From positions 3,652,165 to 3,716,164 of the forward strand of contig CAJFCJ010000005.1 of the NCBI GenBank assembly GCA_904063045.1: 64,000 nt of DNA, read 5' to 3'. The notes beneath the pieces are model-generated. The model did no database searches and was not told the DNA's origin. It saw nothing but the letters and a program-made list of their open reading frames with translations. Positions 39,566 through 53,699 of this stretch are shown here, piece by piece (position 1 is the first letter of the stretch; each line of letters starts with the position of its first letter). The DNA is from Dimorphilus gyrociliatus (Eukaryota; Animalia; Annelida). The translations under genes and the position numbers were made by a program.

Positions 39566-42116
39566 GATGAAAGATGCAAGAATTGAAAGAGATATTAAAT
39601 ATGGAAATTAATAATCACTCCCAAGAACCTCTTTTTTTTTTTTTTATTCTTCTTTTCTTCGTTCTATCCGTTATCCGTTCCCTTTTTTATTTAGTAGAGA
39701 AAGAGAGAGAGAGAGAGAAAGAAACGGAAAGAAAGAAGAGAAAAGAAACACATATACACTTATGCCAGGTGCACATACACAATTCTTAATTATGTTATAT
39801 TTCGTTTTCTTCCCTTTCTTTTTTTATTACTTCCTTCCTTCCTTCCTGCTGTTCTTCCTTCCAATTTTCTTCTCTATCTCTTTCGAATAGAAGAAAATTG
39901 TTCCCATTATGAGTGAGATGCAATGTACAGTGTGATTTAATTAAACAATTTATGAATATATTTTATCTAATTATTTTACAACATCACATCCGCCTGTCCA
40001 TCAAAATTCAATTGACTAGAAGAGATTTTGAGATTTTTAACCCTATTATTTTAACAGAAAAGGGGATGAATGACTGCAATTTGAAGGTTTTTGACTTTTT
40101 ATGAAAAGAAGAGGGGGGGAGGGAAAAAGAAAAAAAAAAGAAAAGCAAGGTATTCCTTCTTTTCATTGAACTTTGATATAGAACAGATAGAAGTGAAGTT
40201 GTAAAATATGAATCAATCATGCATAGTATATCGAATGTCTTGTATCTAGTCAAAAAGAAAAAAGTTTCGTACCCGGTTTTCTTTTTGTGTTTTTTCTTTT
40301 TTTTTTGGCTTTACGGAAACAAATGTATTAATTAATTAATTAATTATATATATATATATGTATATGGAAATCAATAAATCAATATATCTATATATGTATA
40401 TAGAAAAAGAATTAACCAAAAATAAAGAAGGAATAATAATGAATAAATTAACATAAATAAGGAAAGATAAGGAATCACTTAAAAGTTTTTTTTTCTATTT
40501 GTTTATTTGTTTGTTTGTTTGTTTATTTTTAATTGTAATTTTATTCTGGTTCTTATTTTTTCTCATAAATTTATTCTTTATGATAGAAAATTTTCATAAT
40601 TAATTAACTAATTAATTAATAAAGTCTTTTAAAGAAGAGAAATAAAAGAAAGTCTATAGTTTAGTTAGTCTATATAGTTTTTATATATAAAGATGATATA
40701 TAAGGTGTTATTATATTAGATATGATGCTCAGTAATATTTACTCGAGTTATTCAATATTGTATAATCACGAGCTAGCTTTTTTTATTGAATAAGTAATAC
40801 ATACATTGAAAAAAATTTGAGAAGACGACTTACTTGAATGTATAATTTATAAATATATTTATATGATTTCATTGAAATCTGTCTACTTTACTTGTGCAAG
40901 TTTCTTTTTCAATTTTTTATGTTCTTTCCTTATTCGCCTATTTCTTTATTTCTCTCTGTCAATTGTTATTCTAACAATTGAAATTTTCAAATAAGTTACC
41001 ATTGTTGAATTTTCAACAAAGAAGAAAAAGATGCAAATATATAGTTGAAGAAAGAAAGAAAAAAGAGCAAATGCTGTATATACTGTATATAATTTATATA
41101 TATATATTTATTAGAATATATAGTATATCCATATAGGCTTTGAGTTTTCTTTTTTTCTCTCTTTCTCCCTTTTTTTTTATTGTTCAATGACCCATTTATT
41201 CTTATTTGTCTCACTTTTTTTATTGCTTGTGAATTCATTGAGAATTATTCTTATCGAGAAATGAAATAAAGAAAGAGAATTAGAAAGAAAGGTAATAAAA
41301 ATGAGGGCTAAATAACTATTTCATTTTTATTATCTTCTATGTAATTTTGTTTACATAAGCCTAAATTTCTTTTGTTTACATAGGCCTAAATTAGGCAAAA
41401 TAGAGAAAAATTGATAAAAGACAAGATAAGTAAGTTAAAAGGTATGTTTTATTAGTTTCAATAAAAGAATAAAAACGCTAAGAGGTGATGGGAAAGAGAG
41501 GGTAAAGGAGAGGAGTCTCGAATAGAGAAGAGGAGAGGAGAAAAAGCAAAAAAAGAGTATATTTAATCAACTGTAGATTTTTAAAAGTCTTTAACGTTTA
41601 TAATAGAATAATATCAAGAGGGAAGAAACAATAGAAAAGACCTCCATTTGCATAACCTACTTTGTATAAAGAAGAATGAATTCTTAGGACTAAATGATTC
41701 ATGATCGTATTTCAGTCTTTCTAATTAAATATAGGCTAAAAATTGTATCAAATTAATTCAACTTAATCCTTTTTTCTACAAGTGGGCGTGTATTATTATA
41801 TATAATCAAAAATTTCTATCGGAAATATACTTTTTTTTTAATTTTTTCGAATAATATAGTAATAAGAATAATAAAGGATTTGGTGTTAAATTACAAAAGA
41901 GAGAGAGGGGGGGGAGAGAAAGCAGGGGCGGAACAAAAAAGTTGACAGGGAGGTAGGTAGGTAGGGAGGTAGGTAGACTGGGAGAGAGAATTTTAATAAA
42001 ACTTTACTGTATATATATATATATATATACTGTATATACAGCATATAAATTTATCTACGAATATAGTTATGAGATTGGAGGTCAATTTTAAAAAGTTATT
42101 ACTGTTATCTTATACA

Positions 42117-42151
<35 letters not shown>

Positions 42152-42663
42152 TATAAAATTTATACAGTATGTACATATAGTTTCTAAATATAAATTAATA
42201 ATAGATATGCTTGTTATTTATTACTTTTTTTTTGTTTTATCCTTATCTACTTTGTTAATTCTTGCATAATGCTTAGTCCACATGCATGCACTTTTCCCCT
42301 ATCTCTCTCTCTCTCTCTCTTCCCGTCCCTCCCACGTCCTCTCTCTTATTAATTTATTCTATATATTAACCATATCAATTTCAGTTGTGTTTGATAAAAT
42401 ATCAAGTGAAAAAGTTTATTTACAACTGTATTAAAAATTCGATAGACAGCGGCGCCATCTATCGATAACATTTTGGACATCCTTATTAAATTACGATTAG
42501 TTAAATATTTGAGTTAAGTGATAAATTGAATAACGATATCAATAGAAAAATAATAATTAAAGATATTGATAAGGATAATACGTGTAGTTTTAATCTAATA
42601 GATATAACAATTGAAAAGAAGCATACGCAATGAACAAGAGACCATGAGGAAACAGAAGTCGGG

Positions 42664-42671
42664 CGAGAGAA

Positions 42672-42718
<47 letters not shown>
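42664..42718. repeat. (GA)n microsatellite
   Basis: Long GA run read directly; similar runs near 29060, 32520, 36675 and 53055. Confidence 0.95.
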
Positions 42719-42726
<8 letters not shown>

Positions 42727-43112
42727 TAGACAGAACGAACGATAGGATTGATGTTTTATACACAAGTATATACAAGCGACTTTATTTTACTTCTCGGGCT
42801 TATTTATCAGTGAAATGGGAACAATTTACCAAATAAAATATAAATACATGCTATGAAAAGAGAATGAGGGCTACAAGCAGAAAAGAAGAAAGATAGAGCA
42901 AAAGCTGGATATACAGAGAGCGAAAGAGAAAGAGAATGGAGGAGATCGAGAAAAGAAAGCAAGAACAGATTGTGATTAAAAGATGTAAATAATAATATTA
43001 AAAGAATACTTAAGATGATATTTTGTTATTCTAAGTCATGTTAGCTCGACGTACATCAAAACTATGCGGATCATTAGTTTGTTGTAACGAAAATTTAGGC
43101 TTAATAATAGGA

Positions 43113-46100
43113 TTACGGTTGCCAAAAGACGTAAGTAATCCAGTAGACGAGATTAAACGTAAAATATGCAAGAGGAAAACCAGCACGAGCCCCTTTGTCA
43201 ACTTTCTTCGCTTTCTCTTTACCTTTAGGATCTCTAACGAAGAACGATATCATCTTGCCAGAACTCTTTAGTTCCTCCTCTTTTTGACAAACTTGCTATA
43301 ACAGATAAAAATAGGTTAAACGCGTTGAAATAACCTTAATAATTGAGTATTACATCGTTACGCATTTTGTCCCGAAGACTAGACTTCCGTCTGATTTCAT
43401 TTCTAGAAAGGACATTGACAATAGCAAATTCTAAGAGTGCGGCAAATACGAAAACCAAGCAGGTAGCCATCCAAATATCAATGGCTTTTATATAAGAAAC
43501 CCTGGGAAGTGATTGACGAGATGAAGACGCTTGGGTAGTCATTGTTAGTATTGTCAAAACGCCCAAAGATATTCTAGCCGGTACAGCGTCCTGACTTATC
43601 CAAAAAGATACCCACCTACATTTGAATAATAGTTCATAATTGATGAAATATTGTAAATACATATATATGTATATATCTTCTTATACACATATATATATAT
43701 ATATATATATATAAGAAATAACTTACGATAATCCAACAATCAATGCCGTAGGTATATAGGTTTGAATCATATAAAAACCAATATTCCTCCTCAAATATAA
43801 AGTGATGTTTAAACAAGAGAAATTACCTAGAGAGAAGTCAAGTTAATTGGTATTTTATGTAATTAAACGGGCGTCTATTATTTATGAATATACATAAAAG
43901 TAATAAAAGATTTACCTACCAGTTATATATCTCCTTGTGCAAGTTGATAATTTATAATCAGTTAATTCGAATTGAGGTAATTCTAATTCTTCATTAATCT
44001 CTATAGGATCTGGATTATTCCATTCAAATAATAAAGTATCCGTTGTATGCGCGTCTAAATTATGAATAGGATAAATATGACATAGTTATTATTTTATATG
44101 CAATTATTTTTATACAATAACAGTAAAAATAAACATTTACTGTTTCTTTCTTTTGGTTCATTATCTTTATTTTTTTTCTTATATAGGCCTATCACTTATG
44201 TTAACCATCTCTAAAGTTCTTTTCTTGTATTTTTACGTATAAAGTTTCTATTAGATGGAAAGAGGCTATTTAACAGTTGAAAATTAAAATAAATGAGTCA
44301 TAAAATTGTCTGGAAACGTCTCGTTATCATTCTGTTACTTCAACAAAGAATAAGAATTGACTATAGTTAATCTTAATACTTTAAGAGATTATCTCATTTC
44401 CATAGTAGTTTTATATGTGCAAGTGTGTTGTGTAAATACGTTTTATTTCCTTATTACAGTCTTCCTTTCAAGTGTACACGCACCCTTTCTTTATGCCTTT
44501 TTTCTCTACCTTCCGGTCTGTCTATCTTTCTCTCGCTCTATCTGTCTCTCTCTTTTCCACTCTCCCTTATCAGCCAAAAAAAGAAGCGTTTACAAGTGGC
44601 GTCTCTCTCCCTCAATAATTTATACGTTTATTTATACCTGTGAGCGTGTGTTTCTTTCCGGCCAAAGCAACAAAATAAAAGCTACTTACAACTCTCCATC
44701 TGTAACGTGCATTGTTGTTCATCTAAAGGGAATTTTTCAAGTCGCATTGGACAAGATAACCTAAGCGATATCCTACACAAAAGAGAAAGATAAATAGATA
44801 ATGATAAACGGAAAGAATGAGGAGATTATCCTTCTATAATATTGCTATCTTTATTTTGGTCTTTGTGCTTGTTTTTTAAAAAAAAAATATTTACCTGGAA
44901 CTGTAATAAATACTACCATTTTCATAAATTCTTAGAAATCTATTTGGTACAGTAACATCGTGGAACTCCGCCTTTTTTTCATTTCGAAAGAATAAATCTG
45001 GTACCCATATACGATCGACCATCTTCGTATCGAGACTTATCTAAGTACAGCAGATATTTATTGTTTTTTACATATTAAACCCCGTAGTTTTTGAATAATA
45101 TCTTATATTTCAATAGGCCTATAGTATTTTTTATATAAATATTTTACAGATTGTATATTTTTAAAAATGGTAGGGGAAAAGGGAATTAATGTATTTCTTC
45201 CAGTGGATTCCTTATTTACAATAAATTGTTTGGCATTTACTTTACTGATTTAGAGCTATAATGAATCAAAGTAGAACTTACTACACTGAGGTTACTAAAA
45301 TGTCTATGGCTTAGACGCGTATCCTCCCATCGTTGCCTGAGGAAGACGCTGATGATAAAGTCCATAGTCTGTTCCGAAATGCTATCTACGCTACTGATGT
45401 GCATGTCAATAGCCACCTTGGTAACTTTGTCTGTATTTTCACGATAGGAAAATTTTAAATCCTTTCCGTTAAGCGTAACCGGACGAAAGGGAATCGGGAC
45501 TGGCAAAGGGGGAGGAGGGAGGAAAAGGTTGGGATAAGAGGATGAAAGAACCTACTGTTACTTTCACTTAAAATACATTAATAAGCTATTTAAAAAGCTA
45601 TATCTAATTTAAGCGAAATTTATAGATGTGTAGATAGAGGGAGATTTCAAAAGAGCACAGAGGAGAGAAACAGAAAGAGAGAGAGAGGGTGGAGAGAAAG
45701 AAGAAACTAAGGAAAGACAGAGGAAGAAGATAGCAGAAGTAGTTAGGAATCGGAGGAAAAAGAGGATCAAGAATTAGTTGTTTTCAATTAGCTAAAAGCA
45801 CATAGGAGAAGGGTTATATATACTCCTATTGTTTCTAATTTATTTATCTCCATATATAGTTCTAAAATGTTGAATTATAGGGAAACAAAACATCTACACC
45901 GATAAAAGAAGGAAAGAGGCAAAACAATAGTAAACTATAAAAGATAACAAGAAAATATAAAAAATTATTAACCAGTGTTGAAGTTTGGCGGAACTCTCGA
46001 ATCATAATTTTCCATCAATTTTTCCAATAAGTATCTATAAAAAAGGGGAAAAAATAATCAAAAACTACAAAATTGAAAGAAAATACATTGATTTAACACT

Positions 46101-46770
46101 ACGTTTACGTATTAATAAATATATACTGTGTTTAATAAACATTTATTATATGGAAGAAGAGAAAGAAAACGGGATGAGAGAGAGAGAGAGAGGGAGAGAA
46201 AGAGAGACAATAAGACACAGACAGAACAGACACATAGGCAGACATTGTGGGAGGGAGAGAGATTGATAGACAGACAAACAGAGGTAGTCAGAGAATGAAA
46301 AAAAATAAAAGGTAAGAAATGGTTAAGTTTTGAAAAAGGACACTTTCCAATCTTTTGTAACAGATTTCACTATAAAATTTTAAAATCATATGATTGCTTT
46401 ATGAAAATTAACCAAAATAATTTGATTTCTATCAAAACAGCCTCTTTTAAATTATCTACATTAATAGCAAACTATGTTTACACGTTTGTATTAACTTATA
46501 TACAGTATATATAAATTATATATATATATATATCTAAATGGGTCTGCCTATACGCTTATACATATATATATACAGTATATGCTTTATGTACTACATGTAT
46601 ACATACTGTATGTACTGTATATCATATAATATACAGATTTGTGACAATATATAGAAACATTCAATAATGATCAATTCTCCTCCTACAAACCTTGCGTCTT
46701 GGCAAAAAACTACTCCAAATCTTATACTACTTATCAATAAGCACGATAGAGCAAAGTCTAAATGTCTCAT
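43113..46770 (-). CDS. Cys-loop ligand-gated chloride channel, glycine-receptor-like subunit (paralog B), complete, about 9 exons
   Basis: Signal-peptide exon [37 protein letters not shown], Cys-loop [15 protein letters not shown], loop [16 protein letters not shown] anion motif, and TM4 ending ...VFWQP*. Confidence 0.92.
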
Positions 46771-47936
46771 CGTCAGTAACGTTTTGTTCCTCTCTCCTCT
46801 GCTTAAGAAAGTTTCTTATTTTTTTTCTTTTTTGTAGGCAGGTTACACAGTATATTACTAAAGATATCAATCTGTTGAGTGCATTTGGTAGCGCACTTTA
46901 CATATAGTTTTTACTATATTTTCCTTTGCGGTCAGAACTGCAACTGTGCCGCAGCATTGACTGCTCTGTATATATACTAATCCCTTCGCACACCATACCA
47001 GATTTGCAGTTTAGATCGACCTTATTCGTTTATGTTTATGGCTCATTTTCTCCTTATATAGGGGAGGTGAAGTGAGGTGAGGCGAGATGAATACGCGACC
47101 TTTTAATATTTAGTTTTTGTTTTCTTTCATCTCTAAATCATTTTTGGATAATTTATATGTTATATACAAAATTTAGTATATAATGTTTAATTTCTAATGT
47201 ATTTATTAGGCGTCTTAACTAAACTATTACAACTTTTTTTCATTACTTTACTCAATTTTATTTATTCTTTTAATGAAAGAAATAAGTAAAGAAACCGTAG
47301 AAATAAAGAGTTTTCGTGAAAGAAATTAAAAGGAGAACCGCTTTTTTTGCGTTTTTTATTCCGTAAAAGTCCGCAGAAAAAGAGATAGAGTGAGAAGTGA
47401 GAAGTGAGAGGAAAATGAGAAAAAATAAAGTACATAGATAAATGTTTTACCCAAGTATGACTAAATACATTTACATTTGCAAAGATGTCCCTCATTTTTA
47501 TAAGGAACTTTCATCATTTCCTTATAATTCTTTTTAATAATAAATCTAAAATGTTGCGCAGCTTGTGTAATTGAAGATATGTTTACTGTCACTCGTCGAC
47601 TTGTTTTGATACTTTAGACATATTAACGTAATAATTAAGAGTTAAATAACTTTTAATTATAATATCATAACTTTGAAAGGAAAGAGAAAACGTATAAATT
47701 TGTACTCTATAAATGTTGTGGGTCTCTCTTTCCGATTGTTTAAGACTTTTTTCTTTAACGAAGGAATATTTACATAACATATAATTGATGAGGAAAGGAT
47801 AGTTTAGTCATACTTTGGCATTTGATATACAATATACAGCAATATATACTAATATATATATATATATATATATATAGTAGTATACGATATAAAAACAAGA
47901 CGGTAGTTCTCTTTCCAATAGCCTAAACCGTCTTCT

Positions 47937-49960
47937 TCATTCGTCCATTTTATAAACAATTGGCTGTGTATAAATAACCCAATATAGAAAATTAAATACA
48001 CCAAAAGATACTGGAAAGATTATTCGACAAGCCTTATCAAGGCCGTCGGCTGTTAACCTGTTACTAGTTTGATGTAACTTTATCCATCCAGAATGGATAG
48101 CCTTAAAAATCCTATAGCGTAAATTAATCGGTCCATTTGTTGAACAAGTACTAGGCCTATGGTGATACATTTCCCTAGCAACCATAACATGAGCTTCTTC
48201 CATATGAAGATCTTCTAGAGTTGATGCACTTGGTTTGGTAATATGCAGTTCTTGTAATTCCATATCGTCATTGGTCAAACGTCTTCTCCTTTTACCTTTT
48301 CTAGCTAGTGCATTGACGAAAGCGTATTCGATGAGTGCCAAAAAGACTAGAATCATGCAGAAAGTGTACCAAACGTCTAATGCTTTCGGATAGGACACCC
48401 TCATAGTCGATTTCGTAGCCGTCGATAATTGAGTAGTCATAGTTAAAACTGTCGTAACCCCTAATGTTATTCTAGCTGGAACAGCTTCTTTATTCACCCA
48501 GAATGAGATCCAGGATAGGATAACTATTAATATTGATGGGATATAAGTTTGCAGAACGTAGAATCCGAATTGACGCTTAAGATGGAAAACTGCTTCTAAA
48601 CAGTCAAAATTACCAGTTTTTGTCACCATATCGCATTTCTTAGTAGATGTTTTTGTTAATTCGAATTGAGGTAGCGATAATTCCTTTTGGGAAAATTCGA
48701 CTGGATCTACGTCATGCCATCGTAAAGTGACGTCTTTTAAATCATAGCCGTCTACAAGATGGAACGTTTGTAGTTAATTAAATATTGAATATATGATGAT
48801 AAAAGAGTGAGCCCTGAGAAGGGCTTGAAAGGAATAAAGTGAAAAGCGAATGGGCGGGTGGGAGGTGGCAAAGTATGTCTAAAGCTAGAAAGCAGTAAAA
48901 AAAGGGATAGAGAGAGAGAAAGGGAACGAAAGAGGAAGGGAAAGAGAGGAAAAAGATTAGATTAATATTTAGTATATAAATCCCTTTCTATTAACTATAT
49001 TATACTATTTATTTCCCCTATTATTTTCCTACTTATTTCTCATTTTATCTAATATTTAACTATTATATTTCAATTAAGGGTATATTAGGCCTATTAATTT
49101 TAAGAATTACATATTATTTGTAAAGGTTATACTAACAGCTTGCAATCTTGACAAAACATTGCTGATGGTCCATCGGAAAATGAACCAAAACCATCGGACA
49201 CGCCAATTTGAGTGTAATACTATTAAAATATTAATTACAATTAATATTATTTTTAAAGACGGTAGATGGCTCTTACCGTGAACTATACCAAACTGTACCA
49301 TTAGGATAGAGTTTAGCAACTCTATTAGGTTGAACAATATCGTGAAAACTGCCTGTTTTCTCATTGATAAAGTACAAATCCGGTATCCATAATTTACTAA
49401 TGAATTTGTGATGAAGCATCATCGGCCTCTTCTCCTTCTCGAAGACCAGCCGTTTATCGAGCCACATTTGATGAAAGTAGATGTCTAATTGAAAATCCTA
49501 TGGGAATTTATGAATAAGAAGATAAAGAATGAAATTAGCGGAAGACTTAAATAGCAATAAAAAGGGGAGGGGGAGGAAAAAGAAGAAGAAGAAGAAGAAG
49601 AAGAAGAAGAAGAAGAAGCAGTGGCAGATGAAGAGAAAGAAGAATGAAAAGAAAATGAACAAAAATTATACACAACCATGTGAACTTCATCAATTGACCC
49701 AAAGCTTGCAACGTAAAAATCGCACGTTACTTCGACCGGTTCTCCTAAAAAGAATTAAGGTTTATTATAGGCCTAAAAGCTAAATACGAGATAAGAATAC
49801 AAGAGAAAATCTTGTAGGGAGAAAATTTCCTCTAATACTATTATCGTCTAGAGGGAATTGATGAATTATGTATTTACCGAATACATTCGGACGAATTTTG
49901 CTATCAGCCTTTTTCAATATGTTTTCAAGTAATATCGACGCTTCCGATTCGTTCGTCTTT
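47937..49960 (-). CDS. Cys-loop ligand-gated chloride channel, GlyR/GluCl-like subunit (paralog A); signal-peptide exon not resolved
   Basis: Exons 49960-49876, about 49743-49678, 49497-49277, about 49219-49139, and 48752-47937. Motifs WIPDLYFINEK, CPMVLVHFPMDHQQC, loop C CDMVTKTGNFDC and PARITLGVTTVLTMTT. Confidence 0.9.
49578..49618. repeat. (GAA)n microsatellite in a channel intron
   Basis: About 13 AAG units; it explains the spurious poly-K and poly-S ORFs. Confidence 0.95.
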
Positions 49961-52354
49961 CTACAAATAGTTATAAGCAATGACCGTGAAGAATGCAAAA
50001 GTAGGATAATCCCCCCATGTATTTATAATGTTCCTATAGTATTGATTACGGCGGCCAAGAGCTGCTCATCCTCGTTTGTTTTCCCATCTATACCTTTTAG
50101 GCCTACTTTTAATATTCCTGCGGGTTTATACTCAATGACTTTTTCCTTTCTTTCCCCCTCTCTCAGTCTCTTTTATAGCGTAATATAAACCTACATTTTA
50201 ACCCAGTTCAAAAGCATATAATCATAGGCTGGACGTTGAAGAATACAGAGAGATATATATATATATAATTAAAATTTTATGAATCTAAATTGCATCAATA
50301 AATCACGGAAAAAGGAGGTAGAGCAAGAGAAATACAAGATAGATAGCTGGAGAGAGAGAGAGAGATAGATGAATAGATACATATAGATGGAAAGAGAGAG
50401 GAAGAAGAAGAGAGAAATAGTAATATATATGTGTATCTTTATGTATACAATATTATATATGAGTGGGTATGTATGTTTGCATGCGTGCGTGCATGAGAAA
50501 ATAGTAAAAAAAATGAATCCCTTTGTAATATTTACAATAAATAGTTTGTAAATTTACTTATTCAAATGTAAAGCTTTACTTAATGCAACAATCCGGCAGC
50601 AATTCTGCACTCTTGCCGTATCTATATCCATATATATGCATTATAAAATGCATACTGATAAAATGACCCTTTTTTACTATGTTTTATTACAGTTATTTTC
50701 ATAGTATAAAATCTACTCACGGAATCTTCTCATTAAAGGCATATGATATAACTTGAAAAGTAAAAAGGGCCAAAATTACCACTCTCATGATTTAATGTCT
50801 CCTCCTCCTTTCTTTCTTTTCCTACTTTCTAATCCTTCTCCTTTCCCTTCTCCTTCTCCTTCTCCTTCTTCTTCCTTTTTCTTTTTCCCTTCTTCTGCTC
50901 CGTGTTTTCTTAGTCTTTTCCCTTTATCACAAGAGTATGCTAATGAAGGCCTATAGATATCACTAAGACCAGAATAACCTATAATAAAATGCTAATTAAA
51001 CAATAAGTAACTATATAATATCGAAAATTTTTGTAAAATTACCGTTATTTTTGCAAATATTCTTTTTTTTTGCAGTGAGAATGTTTGCAGTCGCTAACGT
51101 TATAAGCGCTAAAGCGATCAATGGAGGGCAGAGTCGTATGCCACTTTTGTGACTGGTGCGATTGATGGGATGGCTTATTTGCGCAATCGTCCCTTTCGCC
51201 TTCTATTGGATAGATTTTTTGCCCTATAGGTTTCTTATCCTAATATTTTCTCTGCATTTTATGAAATATCCTTAAACTAGTGATAAATCTCTTCCCATCT
51301 TTTCTACACCCTCTCCTAAATTCTCATTCAAAAATTTTGATAAGTTAGTGAACTAAGTTTGCAGTTGCTTTATTGTAATTCATTAAAAATACTTTCCCTA
51401 ATCCATATCAGTGATCTCTTCCCCTCAGCTATATTGTACGTAACACACTAGCTATTCCTACTTTGAGAATTTCCCAACTTGGTTGGTACTTATCCCTTGA
51501 ATTGACGGAGGATGAAAAGGATAAAAATTCCCATCAAGATATTGTACTATGTCTTTTGTATTGTATAGTATTTGCTTGTACACATTTGCACGCTTTGTTT
51601 AGGAATAATCAATCTAATTATTGTAATTTCTTGATAAGTAACTCTTGAAATTCATCACCCTACCTATTAGCAACATATAAGAATAACAGACGGCGTAATC
51701 CACATATATTCTTCTTAATACCCCACTGTTACTCGTAAAAGTAACAATATAACAATAAAATCTATTCCTATTCCTTATCTACTCTGTAATTAATCTAAGT
51801 GTCCATAGCCTTCGAGCAATGTATAATTGTTTATCACTTAAAGACCAGTACCAACGATAAAAGAAAGCCAAACTAGCTTATTATAAAGAAACCCCTTGTA
51901 TTCCATTTGTACAATTTTTATACATAGCTCGTATCAACATTTTTGATATTTACAATGGAATAAGGACAAAAAAACATCGTTAAACAAAGAAAAATAAATA
52001 ATAACGCCCACTAATAATGGTCGAATGGAGGAGCAACCTGATCAATGATAGCATTCATTCGAAAGATAAACAATGACCAAGAGTAACAATCCGTTCTAGA
52101 CAAGATATTACTCTAGCAGGTATATTGGTAAATATATATAGTTTCATCTCTTTCTTTCCTCTCAAAATCCTTCCGGCTTCATCCTTCTCAGCAAACATAA
52201 TGTCGATAGCAATATCGAGCAAAATCATTATTAGCATCAACAATTTGATCAACCCTGGCAGCTTTTTGGGTTATTGTAGCCATCAAGATTAAATTCCTTT
52301 ACTATACGGCATCCAATACCAGCAATCTCTTCTACAATCCCTTTTTGAACATAC

Positions 52355-52596
52355 TTCATAAATATTTAGCGGCGATTGAATAACAAACTGTCGTATCTGC
52401 AATAATAGAATTTATAAAAAAAGATTCTTTTACATGCAATAGTATTCTAAATACATGTACTCAGTCGCTATCTATTCTGCGTAGTCTACTCACCGGTCTG
52501 TATTCAGGCCAGCTGGAAAGATACCCATGCTCAAGCTTTTGTCTCAAAATAATTAGAAATTCACCTTTTACAAGTTCAATTGAACCTTGCCTTTCA
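52355..52596 (-). CDS. Two candidate exons of an unidentified multi-exon gene (possibly spanning about 51450-52800)
   Basis: Exon 52596-52494 (ERQGSIELVKGEFLIILRQKLEHGYLSSWPEYRP; cag acceptor, gtgagt donor) joins in phase 0 to 52396-52355 (IRQFVIQSPLNIYE). The rest could not be assembled. Confidence 0.3.
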
Positions 52597-53699
52597 CTGT
52601 TTGAAAGATGATACAAATTCAATATAGATAGTATTTAGTTGGAATTTAAGCATTTATACCTCTTTAAGTCGGAATATCTTTTCAATAGTGTACTTCATCA
52701 ATTGACGTACTCTATATGGAATTATACACTTCTTCAACTTATATGTACTCGAAAAAATTGAGTGGTACTCACGAAAAATCATTAATTAAAATTAATCATA
52801 ATTACTAGACAAGTGTATTTTTATTATCTGTAAACAATTTTTGATAAGATATAATACAAAACAAATTCCATATTTCTCTTTATTTTGAATAGAAATACAG
52901 AAAAAGTTCATCAAGTATACGAAACACGTTGTGTGAGGTAATAGCGGTGTAGATTTATTCAACTGCTGTCCTAATTTTTACAAGGAATTGAACCGCCACC
53001 CCTTTCCCCTTACTACACTCCCTCTTCCCCCTCCCCCACCCTCACTTGCTCTCTGTCTCTCTCTCTCTCTCTATCTTTCTCGCTCTCAATCTATTTTTAT
53101 TCATTTATATATTTATATAATTCCCAAACTATTCAACTTTATCCGTTTGGTTGATAGTATTTCAAAATATTGACTGTGGATTTAACAGATACAAAAATTC
53201 CCATTAAGTTACCGTATAACGGTTTTTAAGCAACGAAAAGACAATATGATGCCCAGTTAATAAAAGCAATTAAGGTAAAATCTTTATTGCTGTATTATAT
53301 CAATGTATAAATGCATAAATGCAACAATAACAGGAAAAACAAATTTGAAAGTAGATGCACTCAGTTTCTCTTTCTCTCTTCCCCACCCCCTCCCAATCTC
53401 TCTCTCTCTCTCTCTCTAGTTTTCTCTATGTAATTTATCTACATATATATCTTATTCTCTTAATGATTCCTTTTGTTTTTATCCTCTTCCTCTCTTCTAA
53501 CAGCATCTGTATATACTTCAAGTATCTTAATTTGCTTGGTGGTATCCATTACTCTATTCATAAGCCTATTATTTAATTCGTCTAACGATATGTCAGTTGG
53601 TTTTTCACCGGTTACAGTTCGCTTAGCCCACTAAAAGTCAATACGGTTTGGTTGAATTATTGTTTTAATTTGTTTATTGAACCGCATTTGTTATTTTTT

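Noticed and set aside
49485-49783. Poly-Ser and poly-Lys ORFs
   Set aside because: Translations of the (GAA)n microsatellite inside a channel intron.
51450-52600. Faint resemblance of candidate exons to an SH3 domain or a GREB1-type glycosyltransferase
   Set aside because: Only a few scattered residues match, and the exon chain is unresolved.
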